From NCBI GenBank assembly GCA_003516025.1, contig CP023991.1, positions 450,001 to 482,000 on the forward strand: a DNA stretch of 32,000 nucleotides. Reading direction: 5' to 3'. The DNA comes from Candidatus Saccharimonadota bacterium. GTDB lineage: Bacteria; Patescibacteriota; Saccharimonadia; Saccharimonadales; UBA4665. This document shows, piece after piece, positions 9,859-19,100 of this stretch. The position numbers and the translations under genes were made by a program. Under the pieces are notes generated by a model. That model saw nothing but the letters and a program-made list of their open reading frames with translations, ran no database searches and was not told where the DNA came from. Each line of letters opens with the position of its first letter. Positions within the stretch are counted from its first letter, which is position 1.

Positions 9859-12742
9859 GTATCCTTCGCTTGACTTTGCTCAAACAGTATCTGACCGTGC
9901 CAATGCGGCGTGGGAGGACGGAAGCTTTCTGGAGCAGGTTACGCCTACAACTCGCATTTTACTGACTTACTGGTTTGATGTGGCCTATACGGATCTGCGT
10001 AACCTCAATTTTCATGAAGGGCAGCGCCAGGCAGTGCTCAATGCTATATATATTCACGAAGCGCTCAAGAAAGAGCGTGTACTTGACGTCTACGAAGCGA
10101 TCGCCCCGCATCTATTATTAGAAAAAGGCAGTGGACTTGAATACTTAGGTGACGCTATTTATAACCATCCTAAATATGCAGTAAAAATGGCGACTGGTAC
10201 CGGAAAAACGTGGGTTTTACAGGCTCTACTCATATGGCAATATCTCAATGCCAAACATGAGCAGGGCAATTATACCAAGAACTTTCTGGTCGTCGCACCG
10301 GGGCTCATCGTGTATGAACGGTTACTTGACGCATTTCAGGGCAAGCTTAACGATGATGGCGTAACACGAGATTTCCAAACGAGTGATTTAAAAGAAACGC
10401 AGGATTTGTTCATACCTGAAGAATTCCGTAATGAGGTTTTTGGTTTCCTGCAAAGCAGTGTATCTGCGAAAACTGAAATTGGTAGCAAGGTAACCGGTGA
10501 GGGCTTGATTGCTATTACCAACTACCATTTGCTTATGGGGGTCGAAGAGGAAGAGGCTGAGGACGATCTGCTTGCAGACAAAGGTATTGAAAGCTGGGAC
10601 CTTCCCATTCGGTCAGGTATTTCAGCAGGCAATAGCCTAGAGGTACTCGACAGCGGCCTCGGCCGTAAAAAAGAACTTGAATTCTTACATAATCTACCCG
10701 ATCTCATGGTCATCAATGACGAAGCCCATCATATCCACGCTGTTAAACGCGGCGGTGAGGTAAGCGAGGTTGAATGGCAAAAGAGTCTGAGGTATATCAG
10801 TGAAAACAAGTCGTCGCGTTTTATACAAGTTGACTTCTCGGCCACTCCTTATAATGAAAGCGGGAAGGAAAAAGTATATTTTCCGCACATCATCGTAGAC
10901 TTTGAGCTAAAGACGGCAATCCGCAAAGGTTTGGTTAAAACTTTAGTACTTGATGAGCGCAAAGAACTGGCCACGGAAGAGCTTGAATACAAGGCTATTC
11001 GCGACGGCAGCGGGAATGTAGTTGATCTTTCAGAAGGGCAACGGGTTATGCTCCGTGCCGGCCTTAGTAAGCTCAATTTGCTTGAGTCAAGCTTTGCTGA
11101 TGTTGCGGCCCAAAACAATAAGCCCCCAAAGATGCTGGTAGTTTGTGAAGATACAGACGTAGTGCCAAAAGTTGCCCAGTTCTTAAAATCTGAAGGTTTA
11201 GATGATGAGGAGATCATCGAAATCCATAGCAATAAAAAGGGAGAAGTCGGTGAAGAAGAATGGCGTCATATAAAAAGGAAGCTGTTCGCGCTCGATAAGC
11301 ATGAAAAGCCGCGCGTTGTTATTTCCGTACTAATGCTCCGTGAGGGATTCGACGTAAACAATATTTGCGTCATCGTGCCTTTACGGTCTAGTACATCGGG
11401 CATCTTACTCGAGCAAACTATCGGTCGCGGTTTGCGGCTTATGTGGCGGGGCGATCCGGAGATTGACGATATGAAACGTGAAAACCGTCGCCGCATTATG
11501 CAAGAAAAAAAAGAAGCGACTCATTTCTTTGATATCTTAAGCATAGTTGAACACCCGGCGTTTCGCGACTTTTATAAAGACTTGATTGAAGACGGGCTTA
11601 TTGGCGAAGAGGCCGAAGCTCCCAAAGACAAGGAAGATGTTACCGGAGATCTTGAAACAGTCGGCCTAAAGAACGGTTATAGCCAGTATGACTTCCGTTT
11701 GCCGTTAATAGTAGCCGAAAGCAAGGAAGTAATGAAGTCTCCTGCTATGGACGTTCATAGCTTACGGCCGTTCCATATTGCGTTTGAACAGATGCAAAAA
11801 TTCGTTCCTGATAATGAACAATGGATAAGCCGCGAAATAACAAGTGACACCCATTTCGGGGACTTTGAAGTTTCAAGTGGTATATTCCGGGCCAGTAGCT
11901 ATAACGATTACGTATCACGTTTGGTGGCACGTATTATGGAGAAGTTGCTATCGCCGGTAGGAACGGTCAGTAAATTCAAACGTGGCTCGTCAAATTTTCC
12001 TGCCTTGTCTATAAATGCTGCTCAGCTTGCAGGCACTGTAGACGACTACATTCGCAACCAACTATTCGAACAAACTATTAATCCTTCGATAGAAAATAAC
12101 TGGAAAGTTTTAAAGGTCACGCCCGTTATTGACCACATAGTGGCTCAGGTCAGCGGCCTTATTACATCATCACACGAAGAAACTGAGGTACAGGACAGCA
12201 GCGAAGTGCTGTTTACCGCTCTTTCCAGCGTCGACAGAATAACAGTACGTAGTAAATACTCTATTGCTTTAACTAAGAATATATATGACAAAACCCCATA
12301 TCCAAGCAATAAAGGACAGTACGAGCATGATTTCATGGCCTATGCTGACAGCGATGGCGCAGTTGATGCGGTTGCTAAAATTATTGAGAACAGACATACA
12401 TTTGTACGGTTTCGTTATGTCCGCGACGACGGCTTGCCTGCGCAGTATATTCCCGACTTCTTTGTTCGCTTTGGCTCCGACGTGTATATTGTCGAAACAA
12501 AAGCTCAAGATCAAATCTCTCACGCTAATGTTGTTCGGAAACAAAAGGCAGCACTACGTTGGGCGGAACGTACCAACCAACTACCGCTTGATAAGCGTGA
12601 GGGCATAACATGGCATTATGCAATTCTGGGCCATGCGACTTTCTACGACTGGAAAAACAAACTTATGACCGTAAAAGACATGCTGGAATTTGCCGAACTA
12701 AGAAACGAAAGTAGCTCTAGCCTGAGTGGTCGGCTGTTCTGA
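9851..12742 (+). CDS. res: Type III restriction enzyme, Res subunit (SF2 helicase-like ATPase + C-terminal PD-(D/E)xK nuclease)
   Basis: 963 aa. Helicase motif [11 protein letters not shown], motif [12 protein letters not shown] (DEAH), [10 protein letters not shown] and motif [12 protein letters not shown]-terminal nuclease motif [19 protein letters not shown] (PD ... ExK). Translationally coupled to mod. Confidence 0.85.
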   Translation: MSKYPSLDFAQTVSDRANAAWEDGSFLEQVTPTTRILLTYWFDVAYTDLRNLNFHEGQRQAVLNAIYIHEALKKERVLDVYEAIAPHLLLEKGSGLEYLGDAIYNHPKYAVKMATGTGKTWVLQALLIWQYLNAKHEQGNYTKNFLVVAPGLIVYERLLDAFQGKLNDDGVTRDFQTSDLKETQDLFIPEEFRNEVFGFLQSSVSAKTEIGSKVTGEGLIAITNYHLLMGVEEEEAEDDLLADKGIESWDLPIRSGISAGNSLEVLDSGLGRKKELEFLHNLPDLMVINDEAHHIHAVKRGGEVSEVEWQKSLRYISENKSSRFIQVDFSATPYNESGKEKVYFPHIIVDFELKTAIRKGLVKTLVLDERKELATEELEYKAIRDGSGNVVDLSEGQRVMLRAGLSKLNLLESSFADVAAQNNKPPKMLVVCEDTDVVPKVAQFLKSEGLDDEEIIEIHSNKKGEVGEEEWRHIKRKLFALDKHEKPRVVISVLMLREGFDVNNICVIVPLRSSTSGILLEQTIGRGLRLMWRGDPEIDDMKRENRRRIMQEKKEATHFFDILSIVEHPAFRDFYKDLIEDGLIGEEAEAPKDKEDVTGDLETVGLKNGYSQYDFRLPLIVAESKEVMKSPAMDVHSLRPFHIAFEQMQKFVPDNEQWISREITSDTHFGDFEVSSGIFRASSYNDYVSRLVARIMEKLLSPVGTVSKFKRGSSNFPALSINAAQLAGTVDDYIRNQLFEQTINPSIENNWKVLKVTPVIDHIVAQVSGLITSSHEETEVQDSSEVLFTALSSVDRITVRSKYSIALTKNIYDKTPYPSNKGQYEHDFMAYADSDGAVDAVAKIIENRHTFVRFRYVRDDGLPAQYIPDFFVRFGSDVYIVETKAQDQISHANVVRKQKAALRWAERTNQLPLDKREGITWHYAILGHATFYDWKNKLMTVKDMLEFAELRNESSSSLSGRLF

Positions 12743-12745
12743 CGA

Positions 12746-12767
12746 CTGACATTTGTCTTAATGTCAG
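12746..12767 (+). terminator. Hairpin just downstream of res (weak or partial terminator candidate)
   Basis: CTGACAT (12746-12752), an 8-nt loop, then ATGTCAG (12761-12767), starting 4 nt after the res stop. It is followed by GAATTTGT, which is only a poor U-tract. Confidence 0.3.
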
Positions 12768-12800
12768 GAATTTGTAACAATTATGACCTACAATTAACAC

Positions 12801-14588
12801 ATGCAAAAATACAGCGTTAACCAACAACAAGTCAGTAACCTTTTATCCTGGGTACGCTCAGGTGAAATCGCCATTCCGGAAATTCAGCGACCCTTCGTGT
12901 GGGAGACCACTAAAATCCGTGACCTCATAGATTCACTGTATCGTGGTTTCCCGGTCGGTTATATCATCGTATGGCAGAACCCCACTGTAAAACTCAAAAA
13001 CGGTGGTTTTGCGGCCGGCAAAAAGATACTAATTGACGGCCAGCAGCGCATTACGGCACTGAAGGCTGCTATTGTCGGCGACCCAATCGTTAATAAGGAA
13101 TATAAAGAAATACATGTGCGCATTTCCTTTAATCCGCAGACAGAAGAGTTCATGACGCGAACTCCGGCGCTAGCCCGCAACCCTGCATGGATAGAAGACA
13201 TTTCCACACTTATGACCGATGACGGCAGCTTCTTTGATGTTATTGATACGTATCTATCGGCAAATCCAGATGCCGATAAAGGGCGCGTCCGTCAAGCTAT
13301 CCAAAACCTGGTGAGTATTAAAACTAAACAAATTGGCCTCATAGAACTGGACTCCGCCTTAGACATCGAGACCGTTACAGAGATTTTCGTACGTATCAAC
13401 TCGCAAGGCGTGGTGCTCAGCCAGGCCGACTTTGTTATGAGTAAGATAGCTGCGCAAGGCGAGTTTGGTGAAAACTTACGAAAGCTCATTGATTACTTCT
13501 GCCATTTGTCGACCGCGCCTCAATTTTACGACCATATCAAAAATAATGACAAGACGTTCCGTGAAAGCGGATATCTTGATAAGATTGCGTGGCTAAGGGA
13601 TGAAAACGATGATTTGTTTGATCCGGACTATAACGATGTTATCCGTGTCGTTACCGTAAAAGAATTTGAACGTGGTAAAACGGGCGATTTGGTAAGCCTA
13701 CTATCTGGCCGAGACTTTGAGACTCGCGAGTACCGTGAAGAAATTCGGGACCAGTCGTTTAAGAAAATGGAGCAGGGTACATTGGATATGGTTAATGAAA
13801 CCAACTTCAAGCGTTTCCTGATGATCTTAAAATCTGCTGGCTATGTATCGAAAGAGATGATGACTTCAAAAAATGCCATCAATTTCGCCTACGCTCTATT
13901 CTTAAAATTGCGCAGTAGGGGAGAGAACTCGGCAGTTATCGAGTCCGCCGTCCGTCGTTGGTTTGTTATGACTATGCTGACAGGACGTCACTCAGGGTCA
14001 TTCGAAACACAGTTTGAGTTTGATATAAAACGGGTCGCTTCCCTTGGTGCAGACGCTTACCTACGGTCCATAGAAGATGGCGAGCTGACCGATGGGTTTT
14101 GGAATGTACGATTAGTACAAGAACTTGAAAAAGCCAGCACCCGCAACCCATTCATAACTGCTTTTTATGCGGCCCAAATTAAAGCAGGCGATAAAGGGTT
14201 CCTGTCGACTGACATAACCGTACAATCCATGATCTTGCATCGGGGGGATATCCACCATATTTTCCCACGTAAGTATCTCATTGACCATGGCGCGACTCGG
14301 AGTGAGTACAATCAACTGGCTAACTTCGCCCAGACGCAGACTGAAATTAACATTGGTATAAGTGATATGGAGCCAGCCGTATATATGCAGCTGGTCATGG
14401 ATCAAATCAAGTCAGGCGTAGTGAAGTTAGGTGGTATTCGCAGTGAGGCTGACTTGATGTTGAATTTAGCACAAAACTGTATTCCGCAAACGATACTAAA
14501 GGCTACCTATCAGGATTACTCTGCTTTCCTGGCCGATCGGCGCAAGCTTATGGCTGTTAAGATCCACGACTACTACAAGAGCTTATAA
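12801..14588 (+). CDS. DUF262 (ParB/GmrS-like NTPase) + C-terminal His-Me/HNH-like (DUF1524-type) nuclease; GmrSD-family putative Type IV modification-dependent restriction enzyme
   Basis: 595 aa. N-terminal DUF262 hallmarks: IPEIQRPFVWE, LIDGQQRITAL (DGQQR) and FVRINSQGVVLSQADF. C-terminal RGDIHHIFPRKYL ... YNQLANFAQTQTEINIGISD gives the His ... Asn ... Asn spacing of a His-Me finger. TACAAT at 12789-12794 lies 6 nt before the ATG, which suggests its own promoter. Confidence 0.75.
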   Translation: MQKYSVNQQQVSNLLSWVRSGEIAIPEIQRPFVWETTKIRDLIDSLYRGFPVGYIIVWQNPTVKLKNGGFAAGKKILIDGQQRITALKAAIVGDPIVNKEYKEIHVRISFNPQTEEFMTRTPALARNPAWIEDISTLMTDDGSFFDVIDTYLSANPDADKGRVRQAIQNLVSIKTKQIGLIELDSALDIETVTEIFVRINSQGVVLSQADFVMSKIAAQGEFGENLRKLIDYFCHLSTAPQFYDHIKNNDKTFRESGYLDKIAWLRDENDDLFDPDYNDVIRVVTVKEFERGKTGDLVSLLSGRDFETREYREEIRDQSFKKMEQGTLDMVNETNFKRFLMILKSAGYVSKEMMTSKNAINFAYALFLKLRSRGENSAVIESAVRRWFVMTMLTGRHSGSFETQFEFDIKRVASLGADAYLRSIEDGELTDGFWNVRLVQELEKASTRNPFITAFYAAQIKAGDKGFLSTDITVQSMILHRGDIHHIFPRKYLIDHGATRSEYNQLANFAQTQTEINIGISDMEPAVYMQLVMDQIKSGVVKLGGIRSEADLMLNLAQNCIPQTILKATYQDYSAFLADRRKLMAVKIHDYYKSL

Positions 14589-14592
14589 ACCC

Positions 14593-15135
14593 CTACCGTG
14601 GCTGGCGGCCCGTAACAGCCAGTAGTTTGTCCCGTGTCGAAGCGTCCTCTGGTATATCAACGGCTGGACCAAACACGCCGCCTTCACGCATGGTTTCTGC
14701 GCGTGGCTCAACAAAGGCGTAAGCCAGTTCTACCAATTCAGGATTAAGTGTACTGTCGGCGCCAATGGCAATGGCCAGGTCATAGCCATGCACTAAGCGG
14801 TCGGTCGTCATCATAGTTAAGAAGTCCTCGGCGCTCATATTCCCCATAGGAGTTTCAACATCCTCATCTAGATTCTTAATGGCGTTTACGGCACTTTCAG
14901 CCCGGTGGGCGGATTCCTGCCAGGCGCCAATTGGATTGTCGTCGATTTCCGCGATAAGTCCAGTATCATCACCAAAAGCTTTACACACTGCCAGGTTATT
15001 TTCAGTTACGTGGCCAACTAATTGTTTGACGGTCCAGTCGGGTGTGGTGACGCTCTTTTTATTCCATTGCTCGGCTTCTATGTGCTCTACAAGATCGCTG
15101 AAGTGTTTGTCTGATCGGATGAAAGCTTCTTGCAT
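14593..15135 (-). CDS. DinB-superfamily / TIGR03086-like (mycothiol maleylpyruvate isomerase N-terminal-like) protein
   Basis: The track ORF extends to 15216. I prefer the ATG at 15135 (MQEAFIRSDKHF...) because AAGGAG lies 7-8 nt upstream. FSDLVEHIEAEQWNKKSVTTPDWTVKQLVGHVTENN resembles the N-terminal helix pattern of DinB/TIGR03086 proteins. Confidence 0.6.
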   Translation of the reverse strand: MQEAFIRSDKHFSDLVEHIEAEQWNKKSVTTPDWTVKQLVGHVTENNLAVCKAFGDDTGLIAEIDDNPIGAWQESAHRAESAVNAIKNLDEDVETPMGNMSAEDFLTMMTTDRLVHGYDLAIAIGADSTLNPELVELAYAFVEPRAETMREGGVFGPAVDIPEDASTRDKLLAVTGRQPR

Positions 15136-15226
15136 GGTCGGTCTCCTTATGGTTTTGGCTAGTACAGTTAGTCTAGGCCTGACAAGCCCGGGCGGCAGTA
15201 ACATAATTCGCCACAACCTACCAGAC

Positions 15227-15248
15227 GGCTACGGTATGGCTACGGTAT
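15227..15248. repeat. Perfect tandem duplication GGCTACGGTAT x2 in the dinB-like/HD intergenic region
   Basis: GGCTACGGTAT at 15227-15237 is repeated exactly at 15238-15248. The second copy ends inside a TATACT hexamer (15246-15251) that sits 7 nt upstream of the HD gene ATG. Confidence 0.9.
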
Positions 15249-15258
15249 ACTAAGGCAT

Positions 15259-15834
15259 ATGATATTCACGCCCCGCCTCGAAAAAGCCATTACTGTCGCC
15301 GCCCGCGCCCACCGCGAACAGACTCGAAAAGGGTCGGACATTCCATACATTATTCATCCGTTTTCCGTTATGGCTATTGCCGGGGAAGTGACGAGCGATG
15401 AAGACACGCTCATCGCCTGCTTATTTCACGATATCATCGAAGATGTGCCGGAAGAGTATTCTGAAGCGCGGATGCGACAGGAATTTGGCGACCGGGTAAC
15501 GGACATTGTTCGCGGGGTTACAAAAGATGACACGCTGGGCGATTGGTATGCCGTTAGCAAAGGTTACTTACAACATCTCGAACTCAAAGCCTCCGATGAA
15601 TCTGTTATTGTAAGCGCTGCCGATAAGACCCATAACCTTATGTCGGTACTAGCGGATTATGACAAAATGGGTGATGAAGTATGGCAAAAGTTCAGCACCA
15701 AGAGTGCCGACGACCAATTGTGGTGGTACCAATCGGTATTAGAGGTGATAACAAAACGCCAGGCACCCCAACTCTTAATAGACAAACTGAGCAGTCTGAT
15801 AACAGAACTGCAAACCAAGCTAGTCATAAAGTAA
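15259..15834 (+). CDS. Stand-alone HD-domain hydrolase of the RelA/SpoT N-terminal type (small alarmone hydrolase-like)
   Basis: 191 aa. AARAHREQTRKGSDIPYIIHPFSVMAI ... LIACLFHDIIEDV ... SAADKTHNL follows the H ... HD ... D pattern of SpoT/Mesh1-type (p)ppGpp hydrolase domains. No synthetase domain is attached. Confidence 0.7.
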   Translation: MIFTPRLEKAITVAARAHREQTRKGSDIPYIIHPFSVMAIAGEVTSDEDTLIACLFHDIIEDVPEEYSEARMRQEFGDRVTDIVRGVTKDDTLGDWYAVSKGYLQHLELKASDESVIVSAADKTHNLMSVLADYDKMGDEVWQKFSTKSADDQLWWYQSVLEVITKRQAPQLLIDKLSSLITELQTKLVIK

Positions 15835-15870
15835 CTGTACAAAATAGCTCAGTCATGGTCTAATATACAG

Positions 15871-16566
15871 ATGTCTATATCCTCGGAATCTAAACACGCC
15901 ATTATGGAGTCGGTCGAGTCGGCGCTGCGCCAAGCGCCCAACAGCCAGCAACCGCTGGAACACTGCGCCAACGCGGTTTGGTACGATGCTAAGTTCGGCG
16001 GGATTGATGACGACGCCACGCTATACGAGGCAGACGATGAATTCGACCCCGTATACGCGTATGCGAGCGACGAGCCAAACGAAGTTATCGTAAGGACGCC
16101 CGCGGAATTATTTTTCGCTGCCCGGAGCTTGAGCCGGATTGCTGCGTTTGAACTACCTGTGGCTCGTGTTACCGAGACTATCGCGCATGAACGGGAGCAT
16201 ATGGTGGTAGCTCAGAATATTGGATTCCAAGCCATCCGTTATGGACTGGCGGTTACGAAAGAGCAGGATGGAAACGTAAAGGGCGGTCTATTCTCCGAGG
16301 CCCAATCTCCGGATACGTCTATATCCAAACTGGCGGTCGCCGCTATGGTTGCCGCGCCCGCTGAACTGGCTGAAAATGATGTCGCAACCATTATTTCACT
16401 GGGATATGAAAACCTGACGGACGTCGCGATGCGCATACGTGAAACAAATGCCAAGGCTGGTTATGAGCTGTTGCCCGAGCCGCTGTCACTGCAGCAGGCG
16501 GTACGCCCGCCGGCAGGCAGGGCTACATATGTCATCGACGCCGCTAACCCGGTGCGGTTAATTTAA
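15871..16566 (+). CDS. Hypothetical protein with HExxH motif (possible metallopeptidase-like)
   Basis: 231 aa. The only motif I can point to is TIAHEREHMVVAQN (HExxH). The N-terminal half is acidic. The start is uncertain because TAATAT (15861-15866) lies only 4 nt upstream. Confidence 0.4.
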   Translation: MSISSESKHAIMESVESALRQAPNSQQPLEHCANAVWYDAKFGGIDDDATLYEADDEFDPVYAYASDEPNEVIVRTPAELFFAARSLSRIAAFELPVARVTETIAHEREHMVVAQNIGFQAIRYGLAVTKEQDGNVKGGLFSEAQSPDTSISKLAVAAMVAAPAELAENDVATIISLGYENLTDVAMRIRETNAKAGYELLPEPLSLQQAVRPPAGRATYVIDAANPVRLI

Positions 16567-16622
16567 CTGCCGGCATACCCACAGTGCCCTACTATGGACA
16601 TATATAAACGAGGAGACGACCT

Positions 16623-16853
16623 ATGACTGATAAAACCGACCTGAGTCAGAACGACGGCAGCGCCGAAAAAGATCCTAAAGATTGGACCACTGGCGACGAA
16701 GATGCTACGCCGGCTCAGAAATCGTATATGAGTACGATGGCAGTAGAAGCTGGCGAGGCAGTGCCTGATAGCCTCACGAAAGCCGAAGCTTCCGAGAAAA
16801 TCCATGAGCTGCAGCAAAAAACTGGACGTGACGATAGTACAGAACGCCCGTAA
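16623..16853 (+). CDS. DUF3072-family small protein
   Basis: 76 aa. DPKDWTTGDEDATPAQKSYMSTMAVEAGEAVPDSLTKAEASEKIHELQ matches my recollection of the DUF3072 consensus (DW.TGDEPMT.AQ.SYL..L...AGE .. LTKAEAS..I..LQ). GAGGAG Shine-Dalgarno upstream. Confidence 0.6.
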   Translation: MTDKTDLSQNDGSAEKDPKDWTTGDEDATPAQKSYMSTMAVEAGEAVPDSLTKAEASEKIHELQQKTGRDDSTERP

Positions 16854-16873
16854 AGATAGGGTACAATAAGCCT

Positions 16874-17065
16874 ATGAAACGACTTTACCGCTCCCGAACA
16901 AACAAAAAAATCGCCGGCGTCTGCGGCGGCCTGGCCGAATATTTTAATGTTGACCCGGTGATTATCCGTATCATCGCCTTTATTTTGCTGTTGCCAGGTG
17001 GGTTCCCCGGGCTGATACCGTACGTGGTCCTGTGGATTATCGTGCCCGAAGAACCGACAGCCTAA
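16874..17065 (+). CDS. PspC-domain small membrane protein
   Basis: 63 aa. LYRSRTNKKIAGVCGGLAEYFNVDPVIIRIIAFILLL is the canonical PspC domain motif and is followed by a transmembrane helix. TACAAT at 16862-16867 lies 6 nt before the ATG. Confidence 0.75.
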   Translation: MKRLYRSRTNKKIAGVCGGLAEYFNVDPVIIRIIAFILLLPGGFPGLIPYVVLWIIVPEEPTA

Positions 17066-17631
17066 ATTTCGTCGGTGTAGTCGATAAGAGGGGCCGGGCG
17101 TACCCATATGAACTTATCGCGGACTTCCTCTTCTTTAAAGTATAACGTAGTGGTTTCTACGTTAAAGGTTGTCTCTTCGTTCACAATTTTTGAAGCTTCA
17201 TATCGCATCGACTCAAAGACACCTTTTTTGACCCAATCCAGTATGGTTGATGGCGCGATAGAGTAGGTTTCCGCAAGGTCGAGGCGGCTAATCCAACCTG
17301 CTAGGTCGCCCTTATGTGATACTTCTTTCAGCTTTTGATCAGTGTACTTCTCTTGTGCGATAACGAGCTGGCGCGCCACCCGGCCATGGGCGAAAGCTGT
17401 CGCCGCTTTCGACCGCTGCTTGTACACGCCGCTGTCGATAAGGCGCTTTACGCCGTTAATATATTGCTGAGGGTATAAATGTGAAGCACCAGGATGATCG
17501 ATATGGTGCAGGTGTTTACGTATTTTGAATAAATTACCCGGTATTTCCAGGGCGTCTTTTGTTTCCTGCGCACTGAGAAGGCGTGCGTAGGGGCCGGCCT
17601 CTGGTGGGGGAGTCTCAGAGTGTATGGGCAT
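17062..17631 (-). CDS. Hypothetical protein with a possible MerR/excisionase-like helix-turn-helix
   Basis: The track starts at 17634 (MM...). TATAAT on the minus strand (17643-17638) lies 3 nt from the first ATG and 6 nt from the second, so 17631 fits a leaderless start better. ISRLDLAETYSIAPSTILDWVKKGV looks like an HTH. One hand-counted 60-nt line (17101-17160) has 23/60 GC, lower than the neighbours. Confidence 0.45.
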   Translation of the reverse strand: MPIHSETPPPEAGPYARLLSAQETKDALEIPGNLFKIRKHLHHIDHPGASHLYPQQYINGVKRLIDSGVYKQRSKAATAFAHGRVARQLVIAQEKYTDQKLKEVSHKGDLAGWISRLDLAETYSIAPSTILDWVKKGVFESMRYEASKIVNEETTFNVETTTLYFKEEEVRDKFIWVRPAPLIDYTDEI

Positions 17632-17724
17632 CATTTAATTATAGCATAAGTACTACTAATTGTCAATAATCGCTGTCGAAACTACGCTGCACAGCTGGCT
17701 GGCAAAGGTCTATAATAAGAAGTA

Positions 17725-19056
17725 ATGAATACTATCATTTGCCGGACATGCGGGGAAACAATCGAAGTAAGCGCCGCGCTGCAGGGCCAGATTGAGGCCC
17801 AAATTATCGCTGCCGAGCATAAGAAGCACGAAATTGAGTTGCAAAAAGTCCGGGCCGAAGCAGAGGCGCTGGCTCAAAAAGAACGTCAGAACGCCGAGCA
17901 GCTTGTCGCCAAGCAACTGGCCGGTGAACGGGATATGCTGCAAAAGTCGGCTCAGGCAGAGCTGGAGCTGGCCAGGAAGCGCCTGGAAAGTGAAGCAGTC
18001 AGCGCCCAGAAAAAGGCCGTGGCCGATCAGGAGATGCTCGTTAAGTCCTTACAGGACGACGCCAAAGCCAAAGAAGAGTCTAATAAGGAACTGCGCGACC
18101 AGCTAACGGCTCTTATGCAGCAGCTGCGTGAAAGCAATAAGGCACGGGAGAGTGCCGAGCTGGAAGCCCAGAAAAAGATTGCAGCCGAGGAATCTAAGAT
18201 CCGGGAAACCGCTTCCAGGGAAGCCGATGAACGCCAGCGCTTAAACCTCGCTGCCCGTGATAAAACCATTGCCGACTTGCAGAAGGCCCTTGATGACGCC
18301 CAGCGCAAGGCCGCCCAGGGTTCGCAGCAGCTTCAGGGCGAGGTTATGGAACTCGACTTTGAGCGTGCTTTGGCTGACGCCTTCCGCGACGATGCCATCG
18401 AGCCGGTCGCTAAAGGTATAAAAGGCGGCGATATTCGCCAGGTTGTCTGTAGTTCACGCGGGCTGCAATGCGGCGTGATGCTCTGGGAAATTAAGCGTAC
18501 TAAAAACTGGACTGATGGCTGGATCCCCAAACTTAAGCAGGATCTGCGCAATGAAAAAGCCAATATCCCCATTATTATTACCGAGGTTATGCCAAAGAAT
18601 GTTGATGACGACATGGCCCAGGTAGACGGCGTATGGGTTTGCAAACCGAAGCTGGCCATTATTCTAGCCACCCTGCTGCGTAAAGGCTTGCTCGATGCCG
18701 GCCGGCAAAAGGCTCTGGCCGAAAACCGGGGCACCAGCGCCGAAGCTCTATATAACTTCGTGACCAGCCACGAATTCATCCAGCAAGTCGAGGCTATGGT
18801 GGAAACCTATCAGGAAATGAGTCTGCAAATCCAAAAGGAGCGCATCGCGTATGAAAAACTGTGGTCGCAGCGGGAAAAGCAGACGCAAAAGCTGTTTATG
18901 AGCACCGCTAACATTGTAGGCAGTATGCAAGGTTACGTTGGGCAGGCCAGTATGCCGCGTATCAAAGGACTGGAACTGGACACGGGTGAGGAGATTGCTG
19001 ACGAACTGGACGTCGACACGGACGCTGAGCCTGCAGTTCCCACGCTGTTTGGATAA
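17725..19056 (+). CDS. DUF2130-family protein (N-terminal zinc-ribbon-like CxxC, long coiled coil, C-terminal PD-(D/E)xK-like fold)
   Basis: 443 aa. It begins MNTIICRTCGETIEV. About 190 aa of heptad-like Ala/Glu/Lys/Gln-rich sequence follow. The C-terminal part reads ELDFERALADAF ... KGGDIRQVV ... VMLWEIKRTKNW (D ... ExK pattern). TATAAT at 17711-17716 lies 8 nt before the ATG. Confidence 0.65.
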   Translation: MNTIICRTCGETIEVSAALQGQIEAQIIAAEHKKHEIELQKVRAEAEALAQKERQNAEQLVAKQLAGERDMLQKSAQAELELARKRLESEAVSAQKKAVADQEMLVKSLQDDAKAKEESNKELRDQLTALMQQLRESNKARESAELEAQKKIAAEESKIRETASREADERQRLNLAARDKTIADLQKALDDAQRKAAQGSQQLQGEVMELDFERALADAFRDDAIEPVAKGIKGGDIRQVVCSSRGLQCGVMLWEIKRTKNWTDGWIPKLKQDLRNEKANIPIIITEVMPKNVDDDMAQVDGVWVCKPKLAIILATLLRKGLLDAGRQKALAENRGTSAEALYNFVTSHEFIQQVEAMVETYQEMSLQIQKERIAYEKLWSQREKQTQKLFMSTANIVGSMQGYVGQASMPRIKGLELDTGEEIADELDVDTDAEPAVPTLFG

Positions 19057-19100
19057 ATAAAAGCGGTTGACGCCTTAGTATATTCTGACAAAATGGTGGC

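Noticed and set aside
11505-11512. An A8 homopolymer inside res as a possible phase-variation switch
   Set aside because: Eight residues is short for slipped-strand switching. The tract simply encodes Glu-Lys-Lys-Glu in a basic linker. No longer simple-sequence repeats were seen in mod or res.
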